62,331 nt of DNA, from the NCBI GenBank assembly GCA_046075565.1, contig JBJTQJ010000010.1, positions 1-62,331 on the forward strand, written 5' to 3'. Source of the DNA: Verrucomicrobiales bacterium (GTDB lineage Bacteria > Verrucomicrobiota > Verrucomicrobiia > Verrucomicrobiales > SLCJ01). The notes under the pieces were generated by a model, which was given only the letters and a program-made list of their open reading frames with translations, was not told the origin of the DNA and made no database searches. Shown piece after piece: positions 18,360-28,976 of the stretch (position 1 is the stretch's first letter; the number at the start of each line of letters is the position of its first letter). The translations under genes and the position numbers were made by a program.

Positions 18360-19880
18360 TCAAGCAACGACAACCGCGGGTCGGGTCAGGCGTTCCCAGA
18401 GCCCGCCGAGCACTTCGGCAGCGTCGGATTCCCAGAGGGATTTTCCGGCCGCGAGTTCGATGAGAGCGGATTTTTCATCCTCTTCCAGCCAGACGCGGTT
18501 CCAGGTGGGCGGAGCGGCGGCGGCCTCGGCTTCCGTGAGGGCAAGTTGGGCTATCTGAAGGGCGGTGCTAGCGGGAGCGGTGGGCTTGAGCCGGCGTGCT
18601 TCCTCCTCGATTTTTTCCCAGCACCGGCTGCTGGTGCAGGAGCAGACCAGAACCCAGAGGCCCGGCGAGCGGAGGACGACGGAGCGCGGGATATCCGGAC
18701 GGGCGAGCGGGGCCGCTTCGATGAAGGGCAAGGGTGCGGCGGCGGCGAGTAAGCCTTCCACCCACGGAATGGAGCTATTGGTGTTGGCGGGTTCTCCTCC
18801 AGAGAGGCTCCCGCTTGAATCCGCAGGCGCGATGATGGGCATGATGGGCGCCACCGGTTGGAGCCGGTGCAGGTCCCAGAACATGGCGGCTTCCACCAGG
18901 GCTTCCCGGGGCGTGCCTCCCAACGGTAAGGCGGTCGAGACAACCCAATCGGGTAGTCCGGGCAGATCGGCGGAGGAAGTGGCGAGGCGGTCGGCCAAAA
19001 GTCGCCGCACGCAAGCGGGTGGCAAAGGATCGACACGCACACACCGGCGAACCAGTCGTTCGCGCCAGGCGGCGGGCAAACAAGGCTCCAGGCTCTCCTG
19101 CCATACCTCTTCGTTGGTGGCCACCAGCGCACGGTTTCCGGAAGCGATGAGCGTGGCAATCCGACGCCAGAACACCGGCAAGGCCGAACCATCAAAAACC
19201 AGCGAGTCGAGTCCGTCAAAAACCCAAACCAGGGGCAATCCGCAGGCGCTGGCGGCGAGGGCGAGCGTGCGCACCCGTTCCTCCTCGGAGTTTCCGGGGG
19301 GCATCCAGGCAGGCTGTTGCCCCTGCGAGCGGGCCCTCACCCAGACTAACAACGAGGAAAGAAAGGCTTGGGAGTCTGGCAAGGCAAGCGTTTGCAGCCG
19401 CCGGGCGAGCGCAGGCCCGACCGTTTGCTCACGTTCGAGCAGCCAACTGGTCATTGGCGTGCCGGTGGCGAAATCGAGCACCCGTTCGCTCTCCCGCTCG
19501 AGTTGCATGGCGACCATCTCAGGGTCGGTGCTGGGAAGCAATCCCCCGCGCACGACCGTGGCAAGCAGGCGCCCCATCAAGGCCGGCACGAGCTTTTCGG
19601 CGCAGCGAAAACCGCCGGCCGCCTGCCGCAATCCGCCCCATCCGAGATCAATGGCTCCATCAACCTGCACGGGAACCACCCCCGCCTTGGCGAGGGCGGC
19701 TTCGACGAGAAAACTCACTCCCGCACCCGAGCGACAACCCCGCACCGCGATGACTCCGGGTTCGCCGCTCAATTCGCGAGCCAACTTCGCCAAGGCCGAC
19801 CCCTGTAAAACCCTCGCCCCGACGGTCTCCCCGGCGCGGTGGATGGTTTCACGGAAGGGATGCTCGCTCAGGTCGGCCAT
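18360..19880 (-). CDS. Hypothetical protein with a degenerate P-loop NTPase (AAA-like) fold
   Basis: IAVRGCRSGAGVS (Walker-A-like, no Lys), LVWVFDGLD (Walker-B-like), WRERL; AT-rich upstream region. Confidence 0.6.
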   Translation of the reverse strand: MADLSEHPFRETIHRAGETVGARVLQGSALAKLARELSGEPGVIAVRGCRSGAGVSFLVEAALAKAGVVPVQVDGAIDLGWGGLRQAAGGFRCAEKLVPALMGRLLATVVRGGLLPSTDPEMVAMQLERESERVLDFATGTPMTSWLLEREQTVGPALARRLQTLALPDSQAFLSSLLVWVRARSQGQQPAWMPPGNSEEERVRTLALAASACGLPLVWVFDGLDSLVFDGSALPVFWRRIATLIASGNRALVATNEEVWQESLEPCLPAAWRERLVRRCVRVDPLPPACVRRLLADRLATSSADLPGLPDWVVSTALPLGGTPREALVEAAMFWDLHRLQPVAPIMPIIAPADSSGSLSGGEPANTNSSIPWVEGLLAAAAPLPFIEAAPLARPDIPRSVVLRSPGLWVLVCSCTSSRCWEKIEEEARRLKPTAPASTALQIAQLALTEAEAAAAPPTWNRVWLEEDEKSALIELAAGKSLWESDAAEVLGGLWERLTRPAVVVA

Positions 19881-19996
19881 GACTAATTCGCAACTTAAGC
19901 ATGATATTTATAATTACCAAAAACCGCAAGTGAGCATTTTGAGAATTTTGACGAATTTTTCGTCGCCCTTGAGCGGAAATTGCCGAAATTCGGGAG

Positions 19997-20605
19997 ATGC
20001 TCCCCCTGCCGATTTCTCCCCTGCCCCGTGCGGTTCTTTTTGACTGCGACGGCACTTTGGTCGATTCGATGCCTTTGCACTACGATGCGTGGCTGGATGC
20101 CTTTGCCAGGGCCGGGGTCAAAGACGCGCTCGATGAGAAGGAATATCTGGATTTGGGCGGCGTGCCCGGGCCGGTGGTGGTGGACTATGTCGCCCGGAAG
20201 GTTGGAAAGGCTCTGGAAACCGAGACGATTCTCCGTCACAAGCGGGCATTGGTTTCGGAAAAAATCGGGCTGGTGCGTCCGATTGAGCCGGTGGTCTCCT
20301 GGCTGCGCTGGTGCCATGCGGAGGGGATGGGCTTGGCCGTCGGATCGGGAGGGACGCGCCGGATTGTCCTGGCCAGCCTCGCGGCAACCGGGTTGGATGC
20401 CTATTTTGACCCGGCCAACATTTTCACGGCCGATGACGTGGCGATAGGAAAACCCGCACCTGACCTCTTTCTCGCGGCAGCCCGGGCTCTCGGTGTGCCC
20501 CCCCCGGACTGTCTGGTCGTCGAGGACGGCCCGCCCGGCATCGCGGCGGCGGCCGCCGCGGGGATGCGTTGCCTCGATGTGCGACCGATACTCGGCCTGT
20601 CCTGA
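19997..20605 (+). CDS. HAD-family phosphatase (beta-PGM/YqaB-like)
   Basis: FDCDGTLVDS, GKPAPD, VVEDG. Confidence 0.92.
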   Translation: MLPLPISPLPRAVLFDCDGTLVDSMPLHYDAWLDAFARAGVKDALDEKEYLDLGGVPGPVVVDYVARKVGKALETETILRHKRALVSEKIGLVRPIEPVVSWLRWCHAEGMGLAVGSGGTRRIVLASLAATGLDAYFDPANIFTADDVAIGKPAPDLFLAAARALGVPPPDCLVVEDGPPGIAAAAAAGMRCLDVRPILGLS

Positions 20606-20750
20606 GACGGCAAATCGCTCCCGTTTCCGCAAGGATTGACGTCTAACCGGGCAAAATGCACATTTTTTTGCCTCTTTTCGTTTTCCTTGGTTGCCAAAAC
20701 GCCCCGGAATCTCCCATAGTCACCCGTTCCCATCCCAAAACAACAAATCC

Positions 20751-22946
20751 ATGAGCACCCAAACACTCATTCTGTCCATCCCCGTATTTGGCATCCTCGG
20801 CCTGCTTTACACCTGGTATAAATCCACGTGGGTCGCAAAACAAGATCCTGGCAACGAACGCATGCAACGCATCGCGGCCAGCATCCAGGAGGGCGCGATG
20901 GCTTTCCTGAAAGCCGAATACAAGGTCCTCGGCATTTTCGTCGTCTCCGTGGCCGTGCTCTTGTTCATCGGCGGCCAGAGCAGCGAGAGTTCGCATCCGA
21001 TGGTGGCACTTTCCTTCGTGGTTGGTGCGCTCTGCTCGGCCATCGCGGGCTTCATCGGAATGAAAGTCGCGACGAAGGCGAATGTCCGCACCACCAACGC
21101 CGCCCGCAGCAGCCTTGGGAAAGCTCTCGAGATCGCTTTCTCCGGCGGTTCGGTCATGGGAATGGGTGTCGTCGGTCTTGGCCTGCTCGGACTTGGCACG
21201 CTCTTCGCCATCTATACGAAGGTGGTTGGCATGGAAAACCAACACCACATCGAGCAAGTGATGACGATCATCACGGGCTTCTCGTTCGGTGCCTCTTCCA
21301 TCGCGCTCTTCGCCCGTGTGGGTGGAGGGATTTACACGAAGGCCGCCGACGTCGGAGCCGACCTTGTCGGCAAAGTCGAAGCCGGTATTCCGGAAGACCA
21401 CCCCCTCAACCCCGCCACCATCGCCGACAACGTGGGCGACAACGTCGGCGACGTCGCCGGTATGGGCGCGGACCTTTTCGAAAGCTATGTCGGCGCGATT
21501 GTCGGCACGATGGTCCTTGGGGCTGTGTTTATCGCGCTTCCCGAATTCAAGGACTATTCCGATGGCTTGGGCGCGGTGCTGCTTCCGATGGTCATCGCGG
21601 GACTCGGCGTGCTGACTTCCATTGCCGGTGGTTTCCTCGTGAAAGTGAAAGAAGGCGGCAGCCCGCACAAGGCGCTGAACATGGGTGAATTCGGTTCGTC
21701 GATCATCTTGCTGGTTCTCACCTTCTTCGCGGTTAAATGGATGCTGCCCGCTCAGTGGGTGCATGATGGCACGACTTACACCGCCATGGGAGTCTTCTGG
21801 GCCATGATCATCGGTCTCTTCTCCGGTCTGGCCATCGGCAAAATCACCGAGCACTACACCGGCACAGGCACGAAGCCCGTCCTTTCGATCGTGCGCCAAT
21901 CGGTAACCGGCTCGGCCACCAACATTATCGCCGGTCTCGGTGTCGGCATGCTCTCGACCGCCTGGCCGATCATCGTGCTCGCGGCCGGGATTGTCGGTTC
22001 CTATCACTTCGCCGGTCTCTATGGTATTGCCATTGCCGCCGTCGGCATGCTTTCCAATCTCGGCATCCAGCTCGCTGTCGATGCCTACGGACCCATTTCC
22101 GACAACGCGGGCGGCATCGCGGAAATGAGCGAGTTGCCGAAGGAAGTGCGCAGCCGCACCGACAAACTCGACGCTGTCGGCAATACCACCGCCGCCATCG
22201 GCAAAGGCTTCGCCATCGGTTCGGCCGCTCTCACCGCACTCGCCCTCTTCGCGGCATTCAAGACGAATTACGAACATTCCCACGATGGGGCGAATCTGGT
22301 CATCGAAATCACCGACCCGAAAGTCATGGCCGCGCTCTTCGTCGGTGGCATGTTGCCCTTCCTTTTCTCCGCCCTCTCGATGGGCGCGGTTGGCCGGGCC
22401 GCCATGTCCATGATTGAGGAAGTGCGCCGCCAGTTCCGCGATATTCCCGCATTGAAAAATGCCCTCGCCGCCATGACCCGGAATGAAGGCAAGGATGTCT
22501 CCGAATGGAGCGATGCCGACCGCAAGATCTTCGAAGAAGCCGATGGCAAAGCGGAATACGGCAAATGCGTCGAAATCTCGACCAAAGCTGCCATCCGTGA
22601 GATGGTGAAGCCCGGTCTGCTCGCCGTGATTGCTCCGGTGGCTGTCGGATTCCTCGGCGGCGCCTCCATGCTCGGTGGTTTGCTCGCGGGCGTGACGGTC
22701 TCCGGCGTGCTCATGGCCATCTTCCAATCCAACGCCGGTGGCGCGTGGGACAACGCCAAAAAGATGTTCGAAGAAGGCATCGACGTGAATGGCACCATCT
22801 TGAAAAAGGGCTCGGACGCGCACAAAGCCGCCGTTGTCGGCGACACCGTGGGCGACCCCCTCAAGGACACCTCCGGCCCTTCGCTCAACATCCTGCTCAA
22901 ACTCATGTCCGTCGTCGCGCTGGTGATTGCTCCGATGATTTCGTGA
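20751..22946 (+). CDS. hppA: Membrane-bound ion-translocating pyrophosphatase, K+-dependent type
   Basis: [44 protein letters not shown] (Ala = K+-dependent), [14 protein letters not shown]. Confidence 0.96.
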   Translation: MSTQTLILSIPVFGILGLLYTWYKSTWVAKQDPGNERMQRIAASIQEGAMAFLKAEYKVLGIFVVSVAVLLFIGGQSSESSHPMVALSFVVGALCSAIAGFIGMKVATKANVRTTNAARSSLGKALEIAFSGGSVMGMGVVGLGLLGLGTLFAIYTKVVGMENQHHIEQVMTIITGFSFGASSIALFARVGGGIYTKAADVGADLVGKVEAGIPEDHPLNPATIADNVGDNVGDVAGMGADLFESYVGAIVGTMVLGAVFIALPEFKDYSDGLGAVLLPMVIAGLGVLTSIAGGFLVKVKEGGSPHKALNMGEFGSSIILLVLTFFAVKWMLPAQWVHDGTTYTAMGVFWAMIIGLFSGLAIGKITEHYTGTGTKPVLSIVRQSVTGSATNIIAGLGVGMLSTAWPIIVLAAGIVGSYHFAGLYGIAIAAVGMLSNLGIQLAVDAYGPISDNAGGIAEMSELPKEVRSRTDKLDAVGNTTAAIGKGFAIGSAALTALALFAAFKTNYEHSHDGANLVIEITDPKVMAALFVGGMLPFLFSALSMGAVGRAAMSMIEEVRRQFRDIPALKNALAAMTRNEGKDVSEWSDADRKIFEEADGKAEYGKCVEISTKAAIREMVKPGLLAVIAPVAVGFLGGASMLGGLLAGVTVSGVLMAIFQSNAGGAWDNAKKMFEEGIDVNGTILKKGSDAHKAAVVGDTVGDPLKDTSGPSLNILLKLMSVVALVIAPMIS

Positions 22947-22975
22947 GGCGCGTTCCCACCGACAACCCACTCAAC

Positions 22976-23016
22976 ACGGGCCGCGTTCCATCTCCGGAGC
23001 GCGGCCCGTTCTCTTT
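22976..23016 (+). terminator. Intrinsic terminator after hppA
   Basis: ACGGGCCGCG/CGCGGCCCGT stem followed by TCTCTTT. Confidence 0.65.
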
Positions 23017-23085
23017 GGAGGTTCTCCGAAAAATCGGGGAGAATGTTCAAGCCGCAGCGAAGTTCATACTTTGCCTTGCCTCCCG

Positions 23086-23159
23086 CGTTGGAGTTCCGCC
23101 TTCAGGCGGTTCATAGTCCGTGGTGACTTGATAGGCTGGGCAAACCCGGAACTCCAGCG
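23086..23159. repeat. Degenerate REP-like doublet
   Basis: CGTTGGAGTTCCG...CGGAACTCCAGCG terminal inverted repeat; internal hairpin CCGCCTTCAGGCGG. Confidence 0.65.
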
Positions 23160-23264
23160 AGGGAGGAAGGCGGCAGAGATGAAGATTGCGACTTTCCCGC
23201 TCGCCATCTTGCCTTCCCAACCGCTTGCCCAAGGCCGGGAAGACTGCTAGATTCCATCTTCTCC

Positions 23265-24023
23265 ATGGAACACCTGAAAAAGCTCCTCGCTGACAAACGC
23301 GTCCGTATCGCCCTCGCCATCGGATTCGTCGGCTTCATATTGGCCGTGATTGTGGCATGGAAACTGGGAGTCACTTTCGCTGGCCTGAAGCAGGCCTGGG
23401 TCGATTCGCGGGAATTTCTGATGGCCCACCCCTGGGCGATGTTCGTTGCGCTGGTTTTTCTGCCGGGTTTGCCGATCCCCATGAGCGCGTTGTTGTTGAT
23501 TGCCGGGGCGGTCTGGGGAGCCAATGTCAAAGCCTGCCTGCTCATGCTCCTCGCCATGGCGTTGAACATGAGCTGGACCTACTGGCTCGCCGCCGGTCCC
23601 GCCCGTGGTTTCATCGAGAAGGTGCTCGTCAACACGAAGATCCGCATCCCGGAATTGCCGAAGAACGATCACATCCGGCTCATCCTCATCCTTCGCCTCA
23701 CACCGGGAATCCCCCTCTTCATCCACAACTACATCCTCGGGTTTTTCCGCACGCCCTTCCTGCTCTATCTTTCCCTCTCGTTGCTCCTGGCCGGCTCGAT
23801 TGCTTGTGGCATTCTCGTAACCGGAGGCGCAATACTCCAGGGCAAAGCAGGCGCGGCCATCACCGGTATCTCGCTCATCGTCGTCGGTGTTCTTGTCATC
23901 CGCATCCTGCGCGCGAAGCTCGCGAAGAAGCAATTGACGGATACACTGCCCGGTCTAACCGAACCACCTGCACCGCTGAAAGAAAGTCCGGAAAGCGCGC
24001 CTGACCCAGCGTCGGAGATTTGA
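23265..24023 (+). CDS. VTT/DedA (TVP38/TMEM64) family membrane protein
   Basis: PGLPIP..LL..GAVWG, LILRLTPGIP..IHNY motifs. Confidence 0.85.
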   Translation: MEHLKKLLADKRVRIALAIGFVGFILAVIVAWKLGVTFAGLKQAWVDSREFLMAHPWAMFVALVFLPGLPIPMSALLLIAGAVWGANVKACLLMLLAMALNMSWTYWLAAGPARGFIEKVLVNTKIRIPELPKNDHIRLILILRLTPGIPLFIHNYILGFFRTPFLLYLSLSLLLAGSIACGILVTGGAILQGKAGAAITGISLIVVGVLVIRILRAKLAKKQLTDTLPGLTEPPAPLKESPESAPDPASEI

Positions 24024-24046
24024 TCGGCCCTTCCCCTTTCCCCATC

Positions 24047-25219
24047 GTGTCCACGCTCATCATCCGCCCCCGTTCCCGTATCTTCCACGGCCACGATTGG
24101 GTCTATGGAGCCGAGATCCTCCGGGCAACCGGAGATCCCCAGCCCGGTGAAGTCGTTTATCTGAAAGATCAACGCGACAAACCGCTGGGCACCGCCATTT
24201 ACAATCCACATTCGCAGATTGTCGCGCGCCGCATCTCGCGCCGGAAGCAGGAACTCGATCAGGATTTTTTCATCCGCCGTCTCGAACGCGCTCGCACCTG
24301 GAGGGTAGCCCGCGGAATCGATCCGCGTCTTTGCCGTATGGTCTGGAGTGAAAGCGACGGACTTCCGGGCGTGGTCGTCGATGTCTATGGACCAGCCGTG
24401 GTCTTTCAGACCAATACCATGGCCATGGACATCAACCGCGAGTTGTTAGTCAATGCCATCCTCAAGGTTCTGGAACCGCAGACGATCATCGAACGCAACG
24501 ACAGCGGGAGCAGAAAGGCCGAGGGCATTGAAAATCGCACCGGCATCGTATTCGGACCCGACCCCGGCCCTGTTCCCATCGAATTCGGCGGCGTGACCGT
24601 GAAAGTGGATTTGTTAGGCGGTCAGAAGACAGGATTTTACCTCGACCAGATCGACAACCATCTCGCGGTCGCCCGTTTGGCCAAGGGAAAACGCGTGCTC
24701 GATTGTTTCTGCAACCAGGGGGGATTCGCTCTCCACTGCGCCAAGGCGGGAGCCGCCTCCGTGCTCGGGGTCGATATTTCCGGTGACGCCGTGGCTGGAG
24801 CGGCCGCCAATGCCGCCGCCAATGGTCTCTCCTGCGAGTTCCGCGAGGCCAATGTCTTCGATTTCCTGCGCGAGGAATCCGACAAAGGAGAGCGGAAATA
24901 CGATCTGATCATCCTCGATCCTCCTTCCTTCACGAAGAACCGGAAAACCGTGGGTGGCGCCATGCGTGGCTACAAGGAAATCCACCTCCGGGCCATGAAG
25001 TTGCTCGCCCCGGATGGACTGCTCGCCACTTACACCTGCTCGCACCATGTCAGCCGCCAGGAATACCTCGACATGATCGTCGAAGCCATGGTCGATGCGT
25101 CTGCCACCCTGCGCTTGCTCGAATCGCACACCCAACGCGCCGATCATCCGGTTTTGCCCGGTTTACCGGAAACCGAATACCTCAAGGGATTCGTCTTCCA
25201 GAGCATCGCGGCATGGTGA
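24047..25219 (+). CDS. RlmI-like class I SAM-dependent rRNA methyltransferase
   Basis: GHDWVY PUA-like start, ESDGLPG, GQKTGFYLDQ, VLDCF, ILDPPSF, TCS, PETEYLK; GTG start assumed. Confidence 0.9.
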   Translation: MSTLIIRPRSRIFHGHDWVYGAEILRATGDPQPGEVVYLKDQRDKPLGTAIYNPHSQIVARRISRRKQELDQDFFIRRLERARTWRVARGIDPRLCRMVWSESDGLPGVVVDVYGPAVVFQTNTMAMDINRELLVNAILKVLEPQTIIERNDSGSRKAEGIENRTGIVFGPDPGPVPIEFGGVTVKVDLLGGQKTGFYLDQIDNHLAVARLAKGKRVLDCFCNQGGFALHCAKAGAASVLGVDISGDAVAGAAANAAANGLSCEFREANVFDFLREESDKGERKYDLIILDPPSFTKNRKTVGGAMRGYKEIHLRAMKLLAPDGLLATYTCSHHVSRQEYLDMIVEAMVDASATLRLLESHTQRADHPVLPGLPETEYLKGFVFQSIAAW

Positions 25220-25232
25220 GATAGGATGGCTT

Positions 25233-28200
25233 TCACACGCCTAACAGCTCCCTGAGATCTGTATCTCCGGTCGCTTCGAGGTCATCATCAGCACCGAGGG
25301 TTTGTTCGGCGATGGTGCGTTTCTTCTCCTGAAGCCGGAGAATCTTTTCTTCCACCGTGCCTCGGGCCGCGAAACGATAGGCGCTGACAACCTTGGCTTG
25401 TCCGATCCGGTGGGCGCGATCGATGGCCTGGGCCTCGACAGCGGGATTCCACCAAGGATCGTAAAGAAAAACCGTGTCGGCGGCGGTGAGCGTGAGCCCG
25501 TAACCACCTGCCTTCAAACTGAGCAGGAATACGGGACTCGTTCCCTCTTGAAAAGCACGGACCTGATCGGCGCGGTCTTGTGAGGCTCCGGTGAGCCAGC
25601 AAGGCTCAACACCGAATTCCCGGACGTCCTCGCGCAATCGTTCGAGCATGGTGGTGAATTGGCTGAAGACAAGCACACGATGTCCGCCTTCGAGGGCTTC
25701 GCGCAGACGTTCGCGGAAGAGTTCCCTTTTCGCGCCCGGTCCGGTATCGATGCCGACCAATCCCGGATCACAGCAGATTTGGCGCAATCGCAACAAAGCG
25801 GTGAGCACGCTCATGCGCGCGCGGGCGAAACCATCCTTCTTGATCGCGTCGGCGGCTTTGTCGCGGGATTCGCGAAGCACGGCCTGGTAGAGCGCCGCCT
25901 GTTCGCCTTCCAACTCGCACCATGCGGTATTTTCCAATCGCGCTGGCAAATCGCGTGCGACATCGGATTTGAGCCGGCGCAGGAGCAGGGGTTTGAGGCG
26001 GCGTTGCAGACGGACTCCGGCAGCCTTGTCCCCCGCGGACACGCTTTTTTCGTAGCGCATCTTAAAATCATCGCGTGTCCCCAGATATCCGGGCTGCACA
26101 AAGCGTGCGACCGACCACAAATCGCGCACCGAGTTCTCCACCGGCGTGCCGGTGAGGGCAATGCGGGCTTTGCCACGCAACCGGTGCGTCGCCTTCGCCA
26201 TTTGACTGTCGGGATTGCGGATGAGACTGGCTTCGTCGAGCACGATGGCGCGAAATTCATGCTCCTGGTAGCGGTCCGCGTCGCGGGACACCAGCGCGTA
26301 GCTGGTGAGCACGAGATCTGCAGCATCGAGGACCTCCCAGTCTTGGTTCCGCTTCTGGCCATGCTGGACCAAAACCCGCCACGCGGGGAAAAAGCGGGCG
26401 GCTTCGTCGCGCCACGACCCGAGCAAGGAAGTCGGGCACACGACCAATGCCGGGCCGTCTTGCCCTTGTCGACGTTGCCATTCGAGGAAAACCAGCGTTT
26501 GCAAGGTTTTGCCCAACCCCATGTCGTCGGCGAGCACCGCCCCGAGGTCATGCCCGGATTGCGCGACCAGCCAAGACACCCCCTTTTGCTGATAGGGACG
26601 CAGCATCTTCCAGATCGGCCCGGCAGCCTCGCCATCAAGCATGGCAACATGGCCCGCCCCACCGGAAGCTGAGGGCTGTAGTGTTTCCTGCAAATACGCC
26701 AACTGTTCCCGACGGAAACGAAATTGACCCGGCGTGGACTGATTGGCTCCCACATCACGCAAAACTTCTTCGATCTCTCCCGCCAAGCCGAGGTCCACAA
26801 CAACCCGGCGTCCGGCTGAAGACTGGAAGTGACCGCGCTGACTTCTCAAGAGACGATGGAGGTCGGCCCGTGAAATGGTCAATCCCGAGTCGGTGGCGCA
26901 TTTCAGCTCCCCTTCGAGCCAACCTTCACTAGTGGACGCACCATCGAAGCGAAATTTTGCCACCTCGACCGTGGCCATGGTCCGCTGCCAGCGGTCCGAC
27001 GAGACAATTTGCCAGTCGTCTGGAAGCAATCGACCCATGGATGCAATCCACGTGAGAACCAAGTTTTCTCCTCTTAGAACGAATGTGTTTTCACTGCCAG
27101 CAGATGATTGAAACCCGAAGCCTTTGATTCGGGAAAGCGCGTCCGCCTCAACCGCCTCATCACGCAGCCAAAATCTCCCCGGCTTTTCACGCGAGAGACG
27201 TGGAAAGTCATTCTCGACATGACTCGGGAGCATCACGGGTGGTCCGTCGGGGTAAGAGGCGAACAAGCTGGCGCGAAGTTCAGCCACCGAGCCATCAAGG
27301 TGGATTTGGATTTCCGGGTGAACGGCGATCAACTCGAGGTTGAGCTGACTCGTATCGAGATCGGCGGCTGCAGTCAGCGGACCCGCAAGGCGAAGGAACT
27401 CCGTTGTCGCGATTTCCACGGTTTGCGGACGGGTCGGATCGAACAAAGGCAAAAAGCACTTTGGGATGGGGGCCGCCCCCGGATACAGGGGAGCACGGGC
27501 GTCCTCTCTCGTGACCAAACCAGACGGCGGGCAAGATGCCCGCCCTCCCTTTGGTTCCTTCGAGGAATTTTGTGCCGAAAGTTCCGTGGCCAGCAACTGT
27601 CGGGTTTCTCCCGAAACATGGAGCCACCAGCCGGGTGGTCCTTTAGCCCAAACCCCGGACCCGAGCGGTCGCGAAGAGAGGCGGACTTTTTCCGCGGATT
27701 CCGTGAAAAACTCGGACTTCACGGATGGACGAAGAGGCTCGCTCGCGAGGATCCAATCTCCATCCGGACTCCACAGAACTTCGACTTTCCCTCTCAACCA
27801 CTGGAGCAACTCCCCTGCGGCCGCTCCATCCATCCGGATCGCCGGAGGCAAACTTGCCACCCGTCCCAGCCAGGGTCGGAGTCCGGCCAGAAGTTCATTC
27901 ATTGGCAAAGTTCGACCAGCAATCGCCTCTTCAACAACCTCAAAAAGAATGGGTAAAGCACCGATTTCCCATGATTTACAGAATTGTGTTGGAACCCTTA
28001 ATTGCACCGGTCGGACGTCAGCCGTGTCCCCGGGCCCACCTCCCAAAGCACCCACAGCGGCACTTTTTACGTAAGATACGGAGTCAATTTTTCCCGGGCT
28101 CGCTGCCGGATTGTTTCCGCTCATCCCGGCCCGCGCAGCCAGCACGAGGGCGAAGCCGTGTCCGCAAAGCACCCCGCGTCTCGCGGTCGCACAGGAACAC

Positions 28201-28412
28201 GAAACGCGGGCGTCGCGGGGGGAATCCCAGCGCAAGATTACGCGTCGTTCCGCGCCACCAACCAACACCTCACCCACAATCTTCCCCGGAGCCTCCGAGG
28301 TATCGACCGACCGCACCGCTCCCAGTTGGATCAGCTTGCGAGCCTCCTGCACGGCCTGCCATCCCCCGGCGGAGCGGAGTTCGGCGTCGGTTGGCAGGTT
28401 CGGCGACGGCAT
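25233..28412 (-). CDS. SNF2-family helicase with N-terminal SWIM zinc finger
   Basis: CSC..(x)..CGH SWIM, LRPYQ, LADDMGLGKT, LDEA, LTGTPVEN, VFSQF, DPWWNP, QAIDRAHRIGQ. Confidence 0.95.
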   Translation of the reverse strand: MPSPNLPTDAELRSAGGWQAVQEARKLIQLGAVRSVDTSEAPGKIVGEVLVGGAERRVILRWDSPRDARVSCSCATARRGVLCGHGFALVLAARAGMSGNNPAASPGKIDSVSYVKSAAVGALGGGPGDTADVRPVQLRVPTQFCKSWEIGALPILFEVVEEAIAGRTLPMNELLAGLRPWLGRVASLPPAIRMDGAAAGELLQWLRGKVEVLWSPDGDWILASEPLRPSVKSEFFTESAEKVRLSSRPLGSGVWAKGPPGWWLHVSGETRQLLATELSAQNSSKEPKGGRASCPPSGLVTREDARAPLYPGAAPIPKCFLPLFDPTRPQTVEIATTEFLRLAGPLTAAADLDTSQLNLELIAVHPEIQIHLDGSVAELRASLFASYPDGPPVMLPSHVENDFPRLSREKPGRFWLRDEAVEADALSRIKGFGFQSSAGSENTFVLRGENLVLTWIASMGRLLPDDWQIVSSDRWQRTMATVEVAKFRFDGASTSEGWLEGELKCATDSGLTISRADLHRLLRSQRGHFQSSAGRRVVVDLGLAGEIEEVLRDVGANQSTPGQFRFRREQLAYLQETLQPSASGGAGHVAMLDGEAAGPIWKMLRPYQQKGVSWLVAQSGHDLGAVLADDMGLGKTLQTLVFLEWQRRQGQDGPALVVCPTSLLGSWRDEAARFFPAWRVLVQHGQKRNQDWEVLDAADLVLTSYALVSRDADRYQEHEFRAIVLDEASLIRNPDSQMAKATHRLRGKARIALTGTPVENSVRDLWSVARFVQPGYLGTRDDFKMRYEKSVSAGDKAAGVRLQRRLKPLLLRRLKSDVARDLPARLENTAWCELEGEQAALYQAVLRESRDKAADAIKKDGFARARMSVLTALLRLRQICCDPGLVGIDTGPGAKRELFRERLREALEGGHRVLVFSQFTTMLERLREDVREFGVEPCWLTGASQDRADQVRAFQEGTSPVFLLSLKAGGYGLTLTAADTVFLYDPWWNPAVEAQAIDRAHRIGQAKVVSAYRFAARGTVEEKILRLQEKKRTIAEQTLGADDDLEATGDTDLRELLGV
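27487..27550. repeat. REP-like doublet lying in frame inside the SNF2 gene
   Basis: AGGGGAGCACGGGCGTCC...GGCGGGCAAGATGCCCGCCCTCCCT; right half resembles intergenic 729-753. Confidence 0.75.
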
Positions 28413-28626
28413 GGCGGTATTGGCGGGGAGGAGAGAATGGCTACCATAGCGCGGGATGGACGAAATGCTCAAGACCCGGTCAAATTTCATGCCCTAGGCA
28501 ACCCAAGCTCGCCAAGGAAATTACCCCAATCGTCTGGCGCGACTCTTCTCCCCTGCCCCGAAAAACGCTTCTCCCGGCATTTTTCACTAGCCACGGGTGC
28601 CAGTTAGATGGTAAATCCAACCCCTC

Positions 28627-28956
28627 ATGTCCCACGATCCCCTTCCCGAACACGACGACTTCATCCACAGCGAGGATTTCTTGCGCTCGCTCATGCGGCG
28701 TCAACTCAAACTTTCCATCGCGTGTGCCCTTGCCTTCCTAGTAGTTCTCCTCGGTTTGCCACTGGCCAACTACCTGTTTCCCGACTTGATGGCGACCCGG
28801 GTTTTCGGCTTCACCCTGAGTTGGCTGCTGCTCGGGGTGCTCTTTTTCCCGGCTGTCTGGGTAATCAGCGCCTATTTCATTCGTTCATCTTTGCGTATGG
28901 AAGCCGAGGAGGCTGAAGAAGCCCTTAAGGAAAACCGCAAACGCGCCGCGCGCTGA
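28627..28956 (+). CDS. DUF485 (YjcH-like) small membrane partner of the symporter
   Basis: Two TM helices, FLRSLMRRQ...LMATRVFG; directly upstream of the ActP-like gene. Confidence 0.8.
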   Translation: MSHDPLPEHDDFIHSEDFLRSLMRRQLKLSIACALAFLVVLLGLPLANYLFPDLMATRVFGFTLSWLLLGVLFFPAVWVISAYFIRSSLRMEAEEAEEALKENRKRAAR

Positions 28957-28976
28957 CCTCCGAATCCCCTACCCCG

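Noticed and set aside
20643-22970. 775-aa minus-strand ORF, and similar long antisense ORFs at 29721, 33252, 50299 and 60221
   Set aside because: Mirror frames of clearly identified genes
25233-28412. SNF2 helicase as part of an anti-phage system
   Set aside because: The SWIM-SNF2 architecture and housekeeping neighbours fit the common stand-alone type; no methylase or nuclease partners
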